Of a DNA stretch of 64,000 nucleotides, positions 17,656-26,818 are shown in pieces. This DNA is from an uncultured Spirochaetota bacterium (GTDB lineage: Bacteria > Spirochaetota > Spirochaetia > SZUA-6 > Fen-1364). The notes beneath the pieces were generated by a model, which saw only the letters and a program-made list of their open reading frames with translations, was not told where the DNA came from and ran no database searches. The stretch lies in assembly GCA_963845535.1 (NCBI GenBank), contig CAWJSK010000001.1, forward strand, positions 128,001-192,000. The letters run 5' to 3'. Position numbers and translations under genes: made by a program. The stretch's first letter is position 1, and each line of letters opens with the position of its first letter.

Positions 17656-19176
17656 ATGAGCAGCCCGGCCCTTCTCGTGCAGGATCTGAAGAAGCATTTC
17701 GGCGCGGTGAAGGCGAACGACGGCGTCACGCTGTCCGTTCGCCCCCGCACCATCCACGCCCTCGTGGGAGAGAACGGGGCGGGCAAGACCACCCTCGTGC
17801 GCTGCCTGTTCGGCCTGTGCAGGCCCGACAGCGGCGAGATCCGCCTGTGGGGGCAGCCCGTGCGCTTTTCCTCCCCCCTGGGCGCCCTGCGCCACGGACT
17901 TGGCATGGTGCATCAGCATTTCATGCTTGTGGACGCGTTGCGCGTTTGGGAAAACGTCGTGCTGGGGGCCGAGCGAGGCAAGGGACCCGGCCTCTCCGCC
18001 GCGGAAAACCGCGGGGCAGTGAAGGAAGTGAGCGCCCGCTACGGGCTGGACGTCGATGCTGACGCAGTGGTCGGCAACCTGCCGGTGGGCATCCAGCAGC
18101 GCGTGGAGATCCTCAAGGTGCTGTTCCGGGGGGCGCGCCTCATCATCCTGGACGAGCCCACCGCCGTGCTCACGCCGCAGGAGACCGATCGACTGTTCGA
18201 GGTCCTGCGCGCTTTGCGCGAGGACGGGTGCACGATCGTGTTCATCACGCACAAGCTCGCCGAGGTCATAGCGGTGGCGGACGAGGTGACGGTCATGCGT
18301 GACGGACGGTCAGTGGGCACGTGGCCCATCGCGCAGGTCTCGGAAAGGATGCTGGCCCACGAGATGGTCGGCCGGGACGTCAGTCTTCAGCGGGAAAAAG
18401 AGGCCGCGCACCCGGGGGCACCCGTCCTCGACCTGGAGAATCTCAGCGTCGAAAGCGTTCTCGGGGACCAGGCGCTTCACGGGGTTTCCCTGACGCTCCA
18501 CGAAGGGGAGATCGTCGGCATCGTTGGAGTGGCGGGAAACGGGCAGGACGCGCTCGTGGAGGGCATTCTCGGGTTGCGCCGCGTCACGGGAGGAGCAATC
18601 ACGCTGCGAGGCGCCGAGATCAATGATGAGCCGACCCGGCGGATGCGCGCACGCGGAGTCGGCTGCATCCCGTCGGACCGGCTGAAGATGGGGCTTGTCG
18701 CGGAGCTTTCGGTGCTGGAGAACACTCTCCTCGGGTTCGACGGGCTTCCCAAGCTGCGCGTCGGGCCGCTGTTTCGACAATCCATGCTGCGCGACCGCGC
18801 GGCAGGAGTCGTCCGGGAGTTCGACGTCAGGACAGGGTCCCTGGACGGCGCCGTCAGCCATCTTTCCGGCGGCAACCAGCAGAAGCTGATCCTCGGCCGG
18901 GAGTTGCGGGAGAACCCGGGGCTGATCATCGCGGTGCAGCCGACGCGCGGTGTGGACATCGGCGCCATCGAGTTCATCGAGGAAACCCTCCTGCAGCGTC
19001 GTCGCGAAGGCGCCGCGATCCTGCTCGTGTCGAACGAGCTAGAGGAAATACTGGCCCTCGCGGATTCGATCCTCGTCCTGTTCCGCGGCGCGGTTGCCGG
19101 CGCGGGACAGGCGGACCGCTTCACGAGGGACGAGATCGGCCTGCTGATGGCAGGAGTGGCGGAGGCTTCGAGGTGA
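17656..19176 (+). CDS. ABC transporter ATP-binding protein (double ATPase, nucleoside/sugar CUT2 type)
   Basis: GENGAGKT, MVHQHFML, LDEPTAVLTPQE, GVAGNGQ, LSGGNQQK, QPTRGVDIGA. Confidence 0.95.
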   Translation: MSSPALLVQDLKKHFGAVKANDGVTLSVRPRTIHALVGENGAGKTTLVRCLFGLCRPDSGEIRLWGQPVRFSSPLGALRHGLGMVHQHFMLVDALRVWENVVLGAERGKGPGLSAAENRGAVKEVSARYGLDVDADAVVGNLPVGIQQRVEILKVLFRGARLIILDEPTAVLTPQETDRLFEVLRALREDGCTIVFITHKLAEVIAVADEVTVMRDGRSVGTWPIAQVSERMLAHEMVGRDVSLQREKEAAHPGAPVLDLENLSVESVLGDQALHGVSLTLHEGEIVGIVGVAGNGQDALVEGILGLRRVTGGAITLRGAEINDEPTRRMRARGVGCIPSDRLKMGLVAELSVLENTLLGFDGLPKLRVGPLFRQSMLRDRAAGVVREFDVRTGSLDGAVSHLSGGNQQKLILGRELRENPGLIIAVQPTRGVDIGAIEFIEETLLQRRREGAAILLVSNELEEILALADSILVLFRGAVAGAGQADRFTRDEIGLLMAGVAEASR

Positions 19177-20234
19177 GGAGCGCGCGGAAACGACCCGTAG
19201 GAGAAGCGATCTCGTTCGCGCTTCCCCCGCTCATAGCGGTGACCGGGGCCCTTGCACTAGGCGCCGTTCTCATCCTCCTCATCGGGGAGAACCCCCTGGC
19301 GGCCTACGCCGCAATGGTCAAAGGCGCGTTCGGGGACGGAGCAGCGTGGGCGGACACCCTGGAGAAAGCGACCCCCTACGTGTATGGAGGCCTCGCTTTT
19401 CTCCTGACGGCCCGGGCGGGAGTCTTCAATATCGGCATCGAAGGCCAGATGTACGTAGGGGCAATGGCTGCCGGCATCCTCGGTTTCCTGGTGAAAGGGT
19501 TGCCCCCCATCCTCCACGTACCCCTGTCGCTTGCCGGGGCCGCCGCCGCAGCGGCTGCCTACGGATACATCCCGGCTGTCCTGAAGATCAGGCGCAACGT
19601 GCACGAGGTCGTCTCCACGACAATGCTGAACTACATCGCCTACGCGGGGACCGCATATCTCACCGTCCACGTCTTCGCGGACCCGGGAGCGGTGGCGCAG
19701 ACGCATCCCATCCTCCCCTCGTCCGCCCTGCCGCTTCTTGCGGCGCCCTCGCGGGTGAATGCGGGCCTGATCATCGGCGTCGTGCTCGCCCTCGCACTCT
19801 GGGCATGGCTGTATCGCGCTCCCGGGGGCTTTCGTCTGCGGGTGACGGGATTGAACCGGAGCGCCGCCGGCTATGCCGGCATCGATGCCGGCCGGGTCGT
19901 TCTTTTTGCTTTCCTGGCAAGCGGAGCGTTCGCCGGCCTCATGGGAGCCGAGCGTGTGCTCGGCGTCTACGGCAGGTACATCCACTCCTTCTCACCCGGC
20001 TACGGCTTCACGTGCATCGCCGTGGCGCTTCTTGCGGCGAACAATCCCGCGGCGGTGATCCCGTCCGCGGTTCTTTTCGGCGCGCTGGAAAACGGCGGCT
20101 CCGCCATGTCTCTGATGGTCAATGTGCCGCGGGAGCTGGGCATGATCCTGGAAGCCCTCATCATCGTGTTCATTGCGGGGGAAAGCCTTCTGCGGGGGTG
20201 GGCGCGCAGACTCTCCCAGCGGGGGGTCGCGTGA
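19173..20234 (+). CDS. ABC transporter permease (BPD_transp_2)
   Basis: FNIGIEGQ, HEVVSTTMLNY, GYGFTCIAVALL. Multiple TM segments. Confidence 0.92.
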   Translation: MRSARKRPVGEAISFALPPLIAVTGALALGAVLILLIGENPLAAYAAMVKGAFGDGAAWADTLEKATPYVYGGLAFLLTARAGVFNIGIEGQMYVGAMAAGILGFLVKGLPPILHVPLSLAGAAAAAAAYGYIPAVLKIRRNVHEVVSTTMLNYIAYAGTAYLTVHVFADPGAVAQTHPILPSSALPLLAAPSRVNAGLIIGVVLALALWAWLYRAPGGFRLRVTGLNRSAAGYAGIDAGRVVLFAFLASGAFAGLMGAERVLGVYGRYIHSFSPGYGFTCIAVALLAANNPAAVIPSAVLFGALENGGSAMSLMVNVPRELGMILEALIIVFIAGESLLRGWARRLSQRGVA

Positions 20235-21151
20235 TGCAGCTGATCTCTGCCACGATCCTGCAGACAGCCATCGCCATCGCCACGCCGCTTTTCATCGGCG
20301 CGTTGGGCGGCCTGTACTGCGAGCGTGTCGGCGTGGTGAACGTGGGCCTGGATGGGATCATGCTCATGGGCGCATTCGCCGCCGCGGTTGTTTCCTACGC
20401 CACCGGCTCGGCCTGGATCGGCGTGATGGCCGGGTGCGCGGCAGGGGCGCTTCTGGGGCTCCTTCATGCCCTGGTATGCGTGACCTTCAAGGCTGACCAC
20501 GTCATCTCGGGGGTCGCAATCAACATCATGTCCTCCAGCGCGACCCTGTTCCTGCTCCAGTACCTCTTCCACAACAAGGGGCAGTCTCCGGCCGCGCCGC
20601 AGGTAGGGTCGCTGGGAAGCGCGGTGACGGGGATACCTCTGGTGGGGGTCCTGTTTCAGAACATGAACGGCATCACGCTGCTCGGGCTGTTCCTGGTTGC
20701 GGCAAGCCACCTGTTCATCACCCGCACGAAAATCGGGCTGCGGCTGCGCTCTGTCGGGGAAAACCCGTACGCCGCGCAATCGCTGGGTATTCCCGTGAGG
20801 AAGTACATGTACCTGAGCGTCATGGCCGGATGCGCCATGACCGGGCTTGGCGGCGCGTTTCTCTCCATCGGGATGCTCAATGTCTTCACGAAAAACATGA
20901 CCGCGGGCCGGGGATACATCGCCCTTGCGGCGCTCGTCGTTGGCCGTTGGAAGCCGTTCGGGCTCCTGGCGGCAGCGCTCCTTTTCGGGTACGTGTCGGC
21001 GTGGCAGATGAGCCTCGGGGGATTTGCGTTGCCCGCGCAGCTCATCGAAGCCATTCCGTACGCCGCCGCGGTAATCATGCTCGCGTTCGTTTCGCGCCGC
21101 GCTTTCGGACCGGCGCATTCAGGAAAGAGATTCTCGCCTGACGAGAACTGA
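20234..21151 (+). CDS. ABC transporter permease (BPD_transp_2), second subunit
   Basis: ATG 20234 overlaps the upstream stop. ERVGVVNVGLDGIML, GLRLRSVGENP, AGRGYIALAA...GRWKP. Confidence 0.92.
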   Translation: MQLISATILQTAIAIATPLFIGALGGLYCERVGVVNVGLDGIMLMGAFAAAVVSYATGSAWIGVMAGCAAGALLGLLHALVCVTFKADHVISGVAINIMSSSATLFLLQYLFHNKGQSPAAPQVGSLGSAVTGIPLVGVLFQNMNGITLLGLFLVAASHLFITRTKIGLRLRSVGENPYAAQSLGIPVRKYMYLSVMAGCAMTGLGGAFLSIGMLNVFTKNMTAGRGYIALAALVVGRWKPFGLLAAALLFGYVSAWQMSLGGFALPAQLIEAIPYAAAVIMLAFVSRRAFGPAHSGKRFSPDEN

Positions 21152-21171
21152 TGAACATTGGAGGGAACACC

Positions 21172-21951
21172 ATGGCCACGCTGGACAAGAAGCAGGTGAC
21201 GCAGGGCAGGCCCCAGTACCATATCCATCTGAAGCCCGGAGACGTCGGCAAGTACGTGCTCCTGCCCGGAGACCCCGCCCGAAGCGACAGGGTGGCGAAG
21301 TCCCTGGAAAACCCGGTGCTCCTGGCCCAGCACCGGGAGTATCGAACGTACACGGGAATGTACAAGGGCGTGCGCGTCTCCGTCACCTCGACCGGCATCG
21401 GCTGCCCGTCCGCGTCCATCGCCGTGGAGGAGCTCGCCAACATCGGAGCCACGTGCTTCATCCGCATCGGAAGCTCGGCGGCGCTCCAGCAAGGGATCAG
21501 CATCGGGGACCTGCTCATCTCCACGGGCTCCATGAAGAACGAAGGGACCTCCCGGTTCTACGTGCCCGATTGCTTCCCCGCCGTGCCGGATTTCGAGCTG
21601 ACGCGGCATCTCGTGGACACTGCCCGGCGCATGGAGCCGGATCTGCGCGTCGCGGTCCATACGGGGATCTGCGCCTCCGACGACAGCTTCTACGGAGAAA
21701 CGCGGGAGTGGATCGAGAAGCTTTCCGCCCTGGGCGTCATGAACGTGGAGATGGAGTCTTCGGCAATCTTCACCGTGGCCCAGCAGCGGCGGCTGCGCGC
21801 GGCCTCCATCTGCGCGGCATCGGGGAACCTCGTCACGGGGGAGGTCGTCTACGAGACCGAGAACACGCGACTTGCCGACGGCTGGGACAAGGAGATCAGT
21901 GTGGTGCTGGAGGCCATCGCGTCCTTCGAAAAAGCCTGGCCGCAGGGATAG
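21172..21951 (+). CDS. udp: Nucleoside phosphorylase (uridine phosphorylase-like, PNP_UDP_1)
   Basis: QYHIHLKPGDVGKYVLLPGDPAR, HREY, STGIGCPSASIAVEEL, EGTS, NVEMES. ATG 21172 follows GGAGG. Confidence 0.88.
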   Translation: MATLDKKQVTQGRPQYHIHLKPGDVGKYVLLPGDPARSDRVAKSLENPVLLAQHREYRTYTGMYKGVRVSVTSTGIGCPSASIAVEELANIGATCFIRIGSSAALQQGISIGDLLISTGSMKNEGTSRFYVPDCFPAVPDFELTRHLVDTARRMEPDLRVAVHTGICASDDSFYGETREWIEKLSALGVMNVEMESSAIFTVAQQRRLRAASICAASGNLVTGEVVYETENTRLADGWDKEISVVLEAIASFEKAWPQG

Positions 21952-21980
21952 CAACCGCGGAGCCTCGCGCCGATCGCGCT

Positions 21981-22023
21981 ATTCCATCAATCACTTGACC
22001 AACTACTAAGAACTGCGTACTAT
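21981..22023 (+). promoter_or_regulatory. Promoter/operator copy 1 (upstream of TetR)
   Basis: ATTCCATCAATCACTTGACCAA. TTGACC(21995-22000)-N17-TACTAT(22018-22023). Confidence 0.7.
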
Positions 22024-22050
22024 TGCTCAAAGGAGCGTACGACCCAGCTC

Positions 22051-22692
22051 ATGAAAACCACGGTGAGAAAGGTGACGAAGAAGCGCCAGCATCACACGCT
22101 GCAGGGCGAAGTCCAGAAGGAGAGGCTGGTGGACGCGGCGTACGACATCATTGCCGAACAGGGGTTCGAGGGCCTGCGCACCAGGGACGTCGCGTTGCGC
22201 GCCGCTGTCAACATTTCGACGCTCCACTACTACTTCGAGTCCAAGGAAGACCTCGTGCGGAGCGTCGCCCGGAGGCTTCTTTCCGAGTTCAAGGCCATGC
22301 CGGACCCCGAGGCCGCGCCAATGAACGCCGTGGAAAAGCTTCACAAGACCCTGTCTGACCAGGACGCGCTGATGAGCACGCACCCGTCCACGTACGTCGT
22401 GGTGAACGAGCTTTTCACACGCTCGCTGCGGGACGCGAAGCTGCGGCCCGTGGTGAAGGAACTCCTGGGGCAATGGGAGGACCATTTCCGATCATTCGTG
22501 ACGCAGGGGGTCCGGGACGGGCAGATCACTCCTGATTCCGACGCCCGTGTCACGGCGCGGACGCTGCAGTGCCTGATGCTCGGCAGGAGCCTCTTGACCC
22601 TCCTGAGAGGGGAGGACCTTCCCCGGGACGCGATGTTCCGCCAGCTTCTGCGGTGGCTGTCACCGGGCAGGGACACGACGAAGATCGGCTGA
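22051..22692 (+). CDS. TetR/AcrR-family transcriptional regulator
   Basis: LVDAAYDIIAEQGFEGLRTRDVA..AAVNISTLHYYFESKEDL HTH. Confidence 0.93.
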   Translation: MKTTVRKVTKKRQHHTLQGEVQKERLVDAAYDIIAEQGFEGLRTRDVALRAAVNISTLHYYFESKEDLVRSVARRLLSEFKAMPDPEAAPMNAVEKLHKTLSDQDALMSTHPSTYVVVNELFTRSLRDAKLRPVVKELLGQWEDHFRSFVTQGVRDGQITPDSDARVTARTLQCLMLGRSLLTLLRGEDLPRDAMFRQLLRWLSPGRDTTKIG

Positions 22693-22699
22693 GTCGATA

Positions 22700-22742
22700 A
22701 TTCAATCAATCACTTGACCAAATCTCAAGAATCGAATACCAT
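22700..22742 (+). promoter_or_regulatory. Promoter/operator copy 2 (upstream of ADH)
   Basis: ATTCAATCAATCACTTGACCAA. TTGACC(22714-22719)-N17-TACCAT(22737-22742). Confidence 0.7.
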
Positions 22743-22784
22743 CGACGTGTCTAGCCAGTCAGGTGTCGAAGGGGAGGTTGTTTC

Positions 22785-23792
22785 ATGGCAATGATGAAAG
22801 CGATTCAGGTAAAGGCACCGGGAGCCGATTTCGAGCTGGTGGAGAAGGAAATTCCCGAGCCGAAGTCCAACGAGGTCCTGATCAAGGTCGAGGCCTGCGG
22901 CGTGTGCCACGGGGACGTCCTGGCCCGGGAAGGGCACTACCCCGGCATCACCTACCCGCGGACTCCCGGCCACGAAGTGGTGGGCGTCATCGAGAAGCTC
23001 GGATCCGCGGTGGCCGGCTGGAAGGTGGGCCAGCGCGTGGGGGTGGGCTGGCATGGCGGGCACTGTTTCCAGTGCAGCGCATGCCGTAGGGGTGACTATT
23101 GGGCCTGTGAGAACTCGCTGACAACCGGATTGTCCGCGGATGGTGGATACGCGGAGTACATGGTGGCACGCTCCGAAGTGCTTTCCGTCATTCCGAAGGA
23201 GCTCGGTTCCGTGGAAGCGGCGCCCATCATCTGCGCCGGCCGCACCACTTTCGGCGCGCTGAAAGGGTGCGGAGCGAAGGGCGGAGACCTCGTTGCAATC
23301 CACGGCTTCGGCGGCCTGGGGCACCTTGCCGTCCAGTACGCCGCAAAGCTCGGCTTCAGGACCGTGGTCCTTTCCCGCGGGAAAGACAAGGAAGCCCTGG
23401 CCCGCACGCTGGGCGCTCAGGACTACATCGACACGACGACGGCTGACGTTGCCAAGGAGCTGCGGGCCAGGGGCGGTGCGCAGGCAATCCTCTGCACGGC
23501 GCCGAGCGGAAAGGGAATCTCCGAGCTTCTGGGGGGGCTCAAGGGAGGCGGCCAGGCCCTGGTCATCACGGCTCCCAACGACCCGATCGTTATCCCTCCG
23601 TTCGTTCTCCTGGGGGGCGGACGCGGGATCAGGGGCTGGGTGGGGGGAAGCGTTGACGAGGCGTTGGAGTTCAGCACGTTTGCCAAGGTCACCCCCATGG
23701 TGGAAGTGTTTCCCCTCGAGAAAGCCGCCGAAGCGTTCGAACGGATGATGAGCGCAAAAGTGCATTTCCGCGCGGTCCTGAAAATGACCTGA
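22785..23792 (+). CDS. Zn-dependent alcohol dehydrogenase (MDR family)
   Basis: CGVCHGD, PGHEVVG, structural Zn CxxCxxCx7C, GFGGLG. Confidence 0.93.
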   Translation: MAMMKAIQVKAPGADFELVEKEIPEPKSNEVLIKVEACGVCHGDVLAREGHYPGITYPRTPGHEVVGVIEKLGSAVAGWKVGQRVGVGWHGGHCFQCSACRRGDYWACENSLTTGLSADGGYAEYMVARSEVLSVIPKELGSVEAAPIICAGRTTFGALKGCGAKGGDLVAIHGFGGLGHLAVQYAAKLGFRTVVLSRGKDKEALARTLGAQDYIDTTTADVAKELRARGGAQAILCTAPSGKGISELLGGLKGGGQALVITAPNDPIVIPPFVLLGGGRGIRGWVGGSVDEALEFSTFAKVTPMVEVFPLEKAAEAFERMMSAKVHFRAVLKMT

Positions 23793-23802
23793 GGAGGTCG
23801 AT

Positions 23803-24513
23803 ATGAGCGATGTGCTGGAGCAGATCAAACAGAGGCAATCCGACAGGGTCCCTTTTGACGAAGGACGCAAAGTTTCTCGGGAGGACCTGGGGAAGATCCT
23901 GGAAGCGGGAAACTGGGCGCCCACAGCGCACAACATGCAGAACTTCGAGGTTGTCGTTGTGGACGATAAAAAAACCCTGAACGAGATTGCCGCAATCCGG
24001 CGCCCGATTTCGGAGGATTTCGTCCGGGAGAACTACAAGCAGCTTTCCTTCTCTGAGGATGAGTTGGTAAAGAAGAAGGCAGGGCTCCTGGGCGCCATGT
24101 TCCCTCCGTTCATGAGAACTCCCGGCGCAGAGATCCCGAAGGAAGGCGCGCCGGCGTCCCTGCCTGCTCCTGTTCTTCTGGTGGTTTTGTATGATCCCGA
24201 GCGCAGGGCTCCTGCATCGGAGGGAGATTTCCTGGGGATCATCAGCCTCGGCTGCGTCATGGAGAACATGTGGCTGGAAGCAAAATCGCTGGGGATCGGC
24301 TTTCACATCGTGAGCGCCTTCAGCGCTCCCGACATCGCGAAGGAGATCAGTCACATCCTCGGGATTCCCGCTCATCTGCGGATTGCCTTCAGCTGCCGCA
24401 TCGGGTACCCCGCCGCGGCCCCTGGCAAATACCTGCGGGTTCGCCGGGACATCGAGGACTTTACGTACAAGAACCGATACGGCTCTGCGTTGGGGGGTAC
24501 CCCTATTCTTTGA
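23803..24513 (+). CDS. Nitroreductase family protein
   Basis: IKQRQSDR, ILEAGNWAPTAHNMQN, ENMWLEAKSLGIG, IGYP. Confidence 0.9.
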   Translation: MSDVLEQIKQRQSDRVPFDEGRKVSREDLGKILEAGNWAPTAHNMQNFEVVVVDDKKTLNEIAAIRRPISEDFVRENYKQLSFSEDELVKKKAGLLGAMFPPFMRTPGAEIPKEGAPASLPAPVLLVVLYDPERRAPASEGDFLGIISLGCVMENMWLEAKSLGIGFHIVSAFSAPDIAKEISHILGIPAHLRIAFSCRIGYPAAAPGKYLRVRRDIEDFTYKNRYGSALGGTPIL

Positions 24514-24673
24514 TCGAGCCCGCCATGAGTCCGGCGGCAATGGAGCGCTGGGCAAAGGTGAGGAGAAATGCCGCGGGAATGGAGGCGATCACCGCGGTTG
24601 CCATCACTTCGTTCCACTGCTGGCTGAAATCCCCGATGAACTTGAACAGTCCCAGGGTGATGGGTACCTCCCG
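24503..24673 (-). pseudogene. 3' remnant of a carbohydrate ABC transporter permease (MalG-type)
   Basis: VPITLGLFKFIGDFSQQWNEVMATAVIASIPAAFLLTFAQRSIAAGLMAGSIKE* is the typical C-terminus. The upstream part is missing. Confidence 0.75.
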
Positions 24674-24780
24674 GGTTTGTATCAACTCGCGCTCGCAAGA
24701 GTCAACAATTGGAGAATGCCGGCGTCGACTCGAACGGTACGGCGACGCAGAAACGTTGGCCGGAAATCCGGGAATTATTG

Positions 24781-24809
24781 TTGACTTTCCCGCCGGATGC
24801 GCGTACGCT
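24781..24809 (+). promoter_or_regulatory. Putative sigma70 promoter of the RRM gene
   Basis: TTGACT-N17-TACGCT, implying a leader of about 145 nt. Confidence 0.5.
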
Positions 24810-24960
24810 CATTGCTGTCAATCGGACCTTTCCGATTCTACCACTGAGGAACACCCGACCGGACAGCGGTATCCTATTGGAGATCTGGCATGTTCGCTCC
24901 TGAGACGGTTAGAAGCGAAGGGCGATGGGCGAAGATGCACACGACTCCAAGGAGGAGCAC

Positions 24961-25251
24961 ATGAACAAGAAACTTTATGTCGGCGGGCTTGCGTATTCGG
25001 TCACGGATTCCCAGCTCCAGCAGCTTTTTGCCAGCCACGGGAACGTGGAATCGGCAAAGGTCATCACGGACCGGGAAACCAACCGCTCACGCGGGTTCGG
25101 ATTTGTCGAGATGGGGACCCAGGAAGAAGCTGAGAAGGCAATTGCCGCCCTGAACGGCACCTTGCTTGACGGAAGAAACCTTACCGTGAACATGTCGAAG
25201 CCCCGTGAGGAATCCCGAGGCGGCGGCGGATACAACCGCGACCGGTACTAA
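24961..25251 (+). CDS. RRM RNA-binding protein
   Basis: RNP2 LYVGGL, RNP1 RGFGFVEM, Gly-rich tail. AGGAGGAG RBS. Confidence 0.95.
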   Translation: MNKKLYVGGLAYSVTDSQLQQLFASHGNVESAKVITDRETNRSRGFGFVEMGTQEEAEKAIAALNGTLLDGRNLTVNMSKPREESRGGGGYNRDRY

Positions 25252-25273
25252 ATCCAGAAAATAGCACAGGCTT

Positions 25274-25312
25274 AAAAAGAGAGGGGGGCTGGTCGGCCCC
25301 CCTCTTCTTTTT
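25274..25312. terminator. Bidirectional intrinsic terminator between the RRM and DEAD-box genes
   Basis: AAAAA-G-AGAGGGGGGC-tggtcg-GCCCCCCTCT-TCTTTTT: a 10-bp stem flanked by A and T runs. Confidence 0.85.
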
Positions 25313-25328
25313 AGCTCATCGTGAGCCA

Positions 25329-26441
25329 TCAGGTCTCCACTTTCTGCCGGGGAATGCGTCGGCCAAGGGCGCGTTCGATTGCGCCGAAGCTCTTCTCTTC
25401 CTCGGGAGAGACGAGCGTATACGCGTCCCCGGTGAGCTTTGCGCGCGCCGTTCGGCCGACCCTGTGGATGTAGTCCTCGGGCTGGTTCGGCACGTCGAAG
25501 TTGACCACGGATCCCAACGCCTCGACGTCAATTCCGCGCGCAGCGATGTCGGTTGCCACGAGGACCTGGAACCTGCCTTGCTTGAATCCGCTCAGCGCGG
25601 CCGTGCGTTGCGACTGGCTGCGGTTGCCGTGGATCCTCGCGCAGGGAACGCCGTTCTTGTCAAGAAACTCGGCGAGCCTGTTCGCCCTGTGCTTGGTGCG
25701 CGTGAACACCAGGACACTTCCGGAAATGCCCTTTGCCAGCAGCTTGAGGAAGAGCTGAGACTTGCCCTGGGCGGGAACGGCAAACACGGAGTGCGTGATC
25801 CCGACGGCCGCCGCGGGTTTCCTGTCGATATTGAGCCGCACCGGGTTGCGCAGCATTTCTCGTGAGAGCGTGATGATGGCGGGCGGGAGCGTGGCGGAGA
25901 AGAAAAACGTCTGTCTTTCCTTCGGCACGCGCGCCAGGACGCGCTTGACGTCAGGGAGGAAACCCATGTCGAGCATCCTGTCAGCTTCATCGATCACAAG
26001 GAACTCTACGAAGGACAGGTCGGCGTAGCTGTTGCGCATGTGGTCAAGGAGCCTGCCCGGGCAGGCAACGAGCATGTCCACGCCTTTTCGAAACGCGCGT
26101 TCCTGGGCGCCCATCGCAACGCCTCCGTGCACGGCGGCGCAACTCAGGCGGGTGCCGCGCGCGAGCAGTCGAAAATGCTCGACGATCTGCGCGGCAAGCT
26201 CCCGTGTCGGGGCAATCACGAGCGCCCGTGTCGCTCCGCGCTGCATGGTGAGCAGGCGATTCATGATGGGAAGGAGGAAAGCTGCGGTTTTGCCGCTTCC
26301 GGTCTCCGCGCTGGCCAGGATGTCGCGCCCTTCGAGGGCGGGCGGGATGGCTTCACGCTGGATGGGGGTCGGTTGATCGAACCCTGTGAGGCGCACGGAA
26401 GCCTGCAGCTCCTGTGCAAGAGAGAAATCTGAGAAAGTCAT
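25329..26441 (-). CDS. DEAD-box RNA helicase (RhlE-like)
   Basis: Q motif PTPIQ, AETGSGKT, PTRELA, DEAD, SAT, ARGIDV, HRVGRTAR. ATG 26441 follows AAGGA. Confidence 0.95.
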   Translation of the reverse strand: MTFSDFSLAQELQASVRLTGFDQPTPIQREAIPPALEGRDILASAETGSGKTAAFLLPIMNRLLTMQRGATRALVIAPTRELAAQIVEHFRLLARGTRLSCAAVHGGVAMGAQERAFRKGVDMLVACPGRLLDHMRNSYADLSFVEFLVIDEADRMLDMGFLPDVKRVLARVPKERQTFFFSATLPPAIITLSREMLRNPVRLNIDRKPAAAVGITHSVFAVPAQGKSQLFLKLLAKGISGSVLVFTRTKHRANRLAEFLDKNGVPCARIHGNRSQSQRTAALSGFKQGRFQVLVATDIAARGIDVEALGSVVNFDVPNQPEDYIHRVGRTARAKLTGDAYTLVSPEEEKSFGAIERALGRRIPRQKVET

Positions 26442-26672
26442 TGTGTTCCTTACTACCGGGATGTCGTTGTACGCGAGTACGCGTTCCGCGCGAACGCGGT
26501 ACGCGAGCTTTCGCTTTCCGCCCAAACGCGGTCATGAAATCCGGTCGTATCCGGCAGGTTGTGAGTGCAATTTCGGAGGAGTCGCCGGTGAGGCCGCCGC
26601 GAGGACTTTTATGCCCTGTTCACTCGTTCGTATACCGCCAAGCTTCGTAACACGACCGCCTGACGTATGACA

Positions 26673-26701
26673 ACTGTACACAAATACGATGGGAGTGTCA
26701 A
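26673..26701 (-). promoter_or_regulatory. Near-consensus sigma70 promoter of the DEAD-box gene
   Basis: Minus strand TTGACA-N17-TACAGT with extended TGn, implying a leader of about 225 nt. Confidence 0.65.
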
Positions 26702-26818
26702 AGGCCCTGTAAGGGCAATCTCGCGCGCCGCTGCCGCGGAATGTCCCGGGAACCGCAAAAAACAGTTGCCTAATAATTTTAAGCACTATATCTTGTAAAG
26801 AAGTAAGGAGAGAGATTG

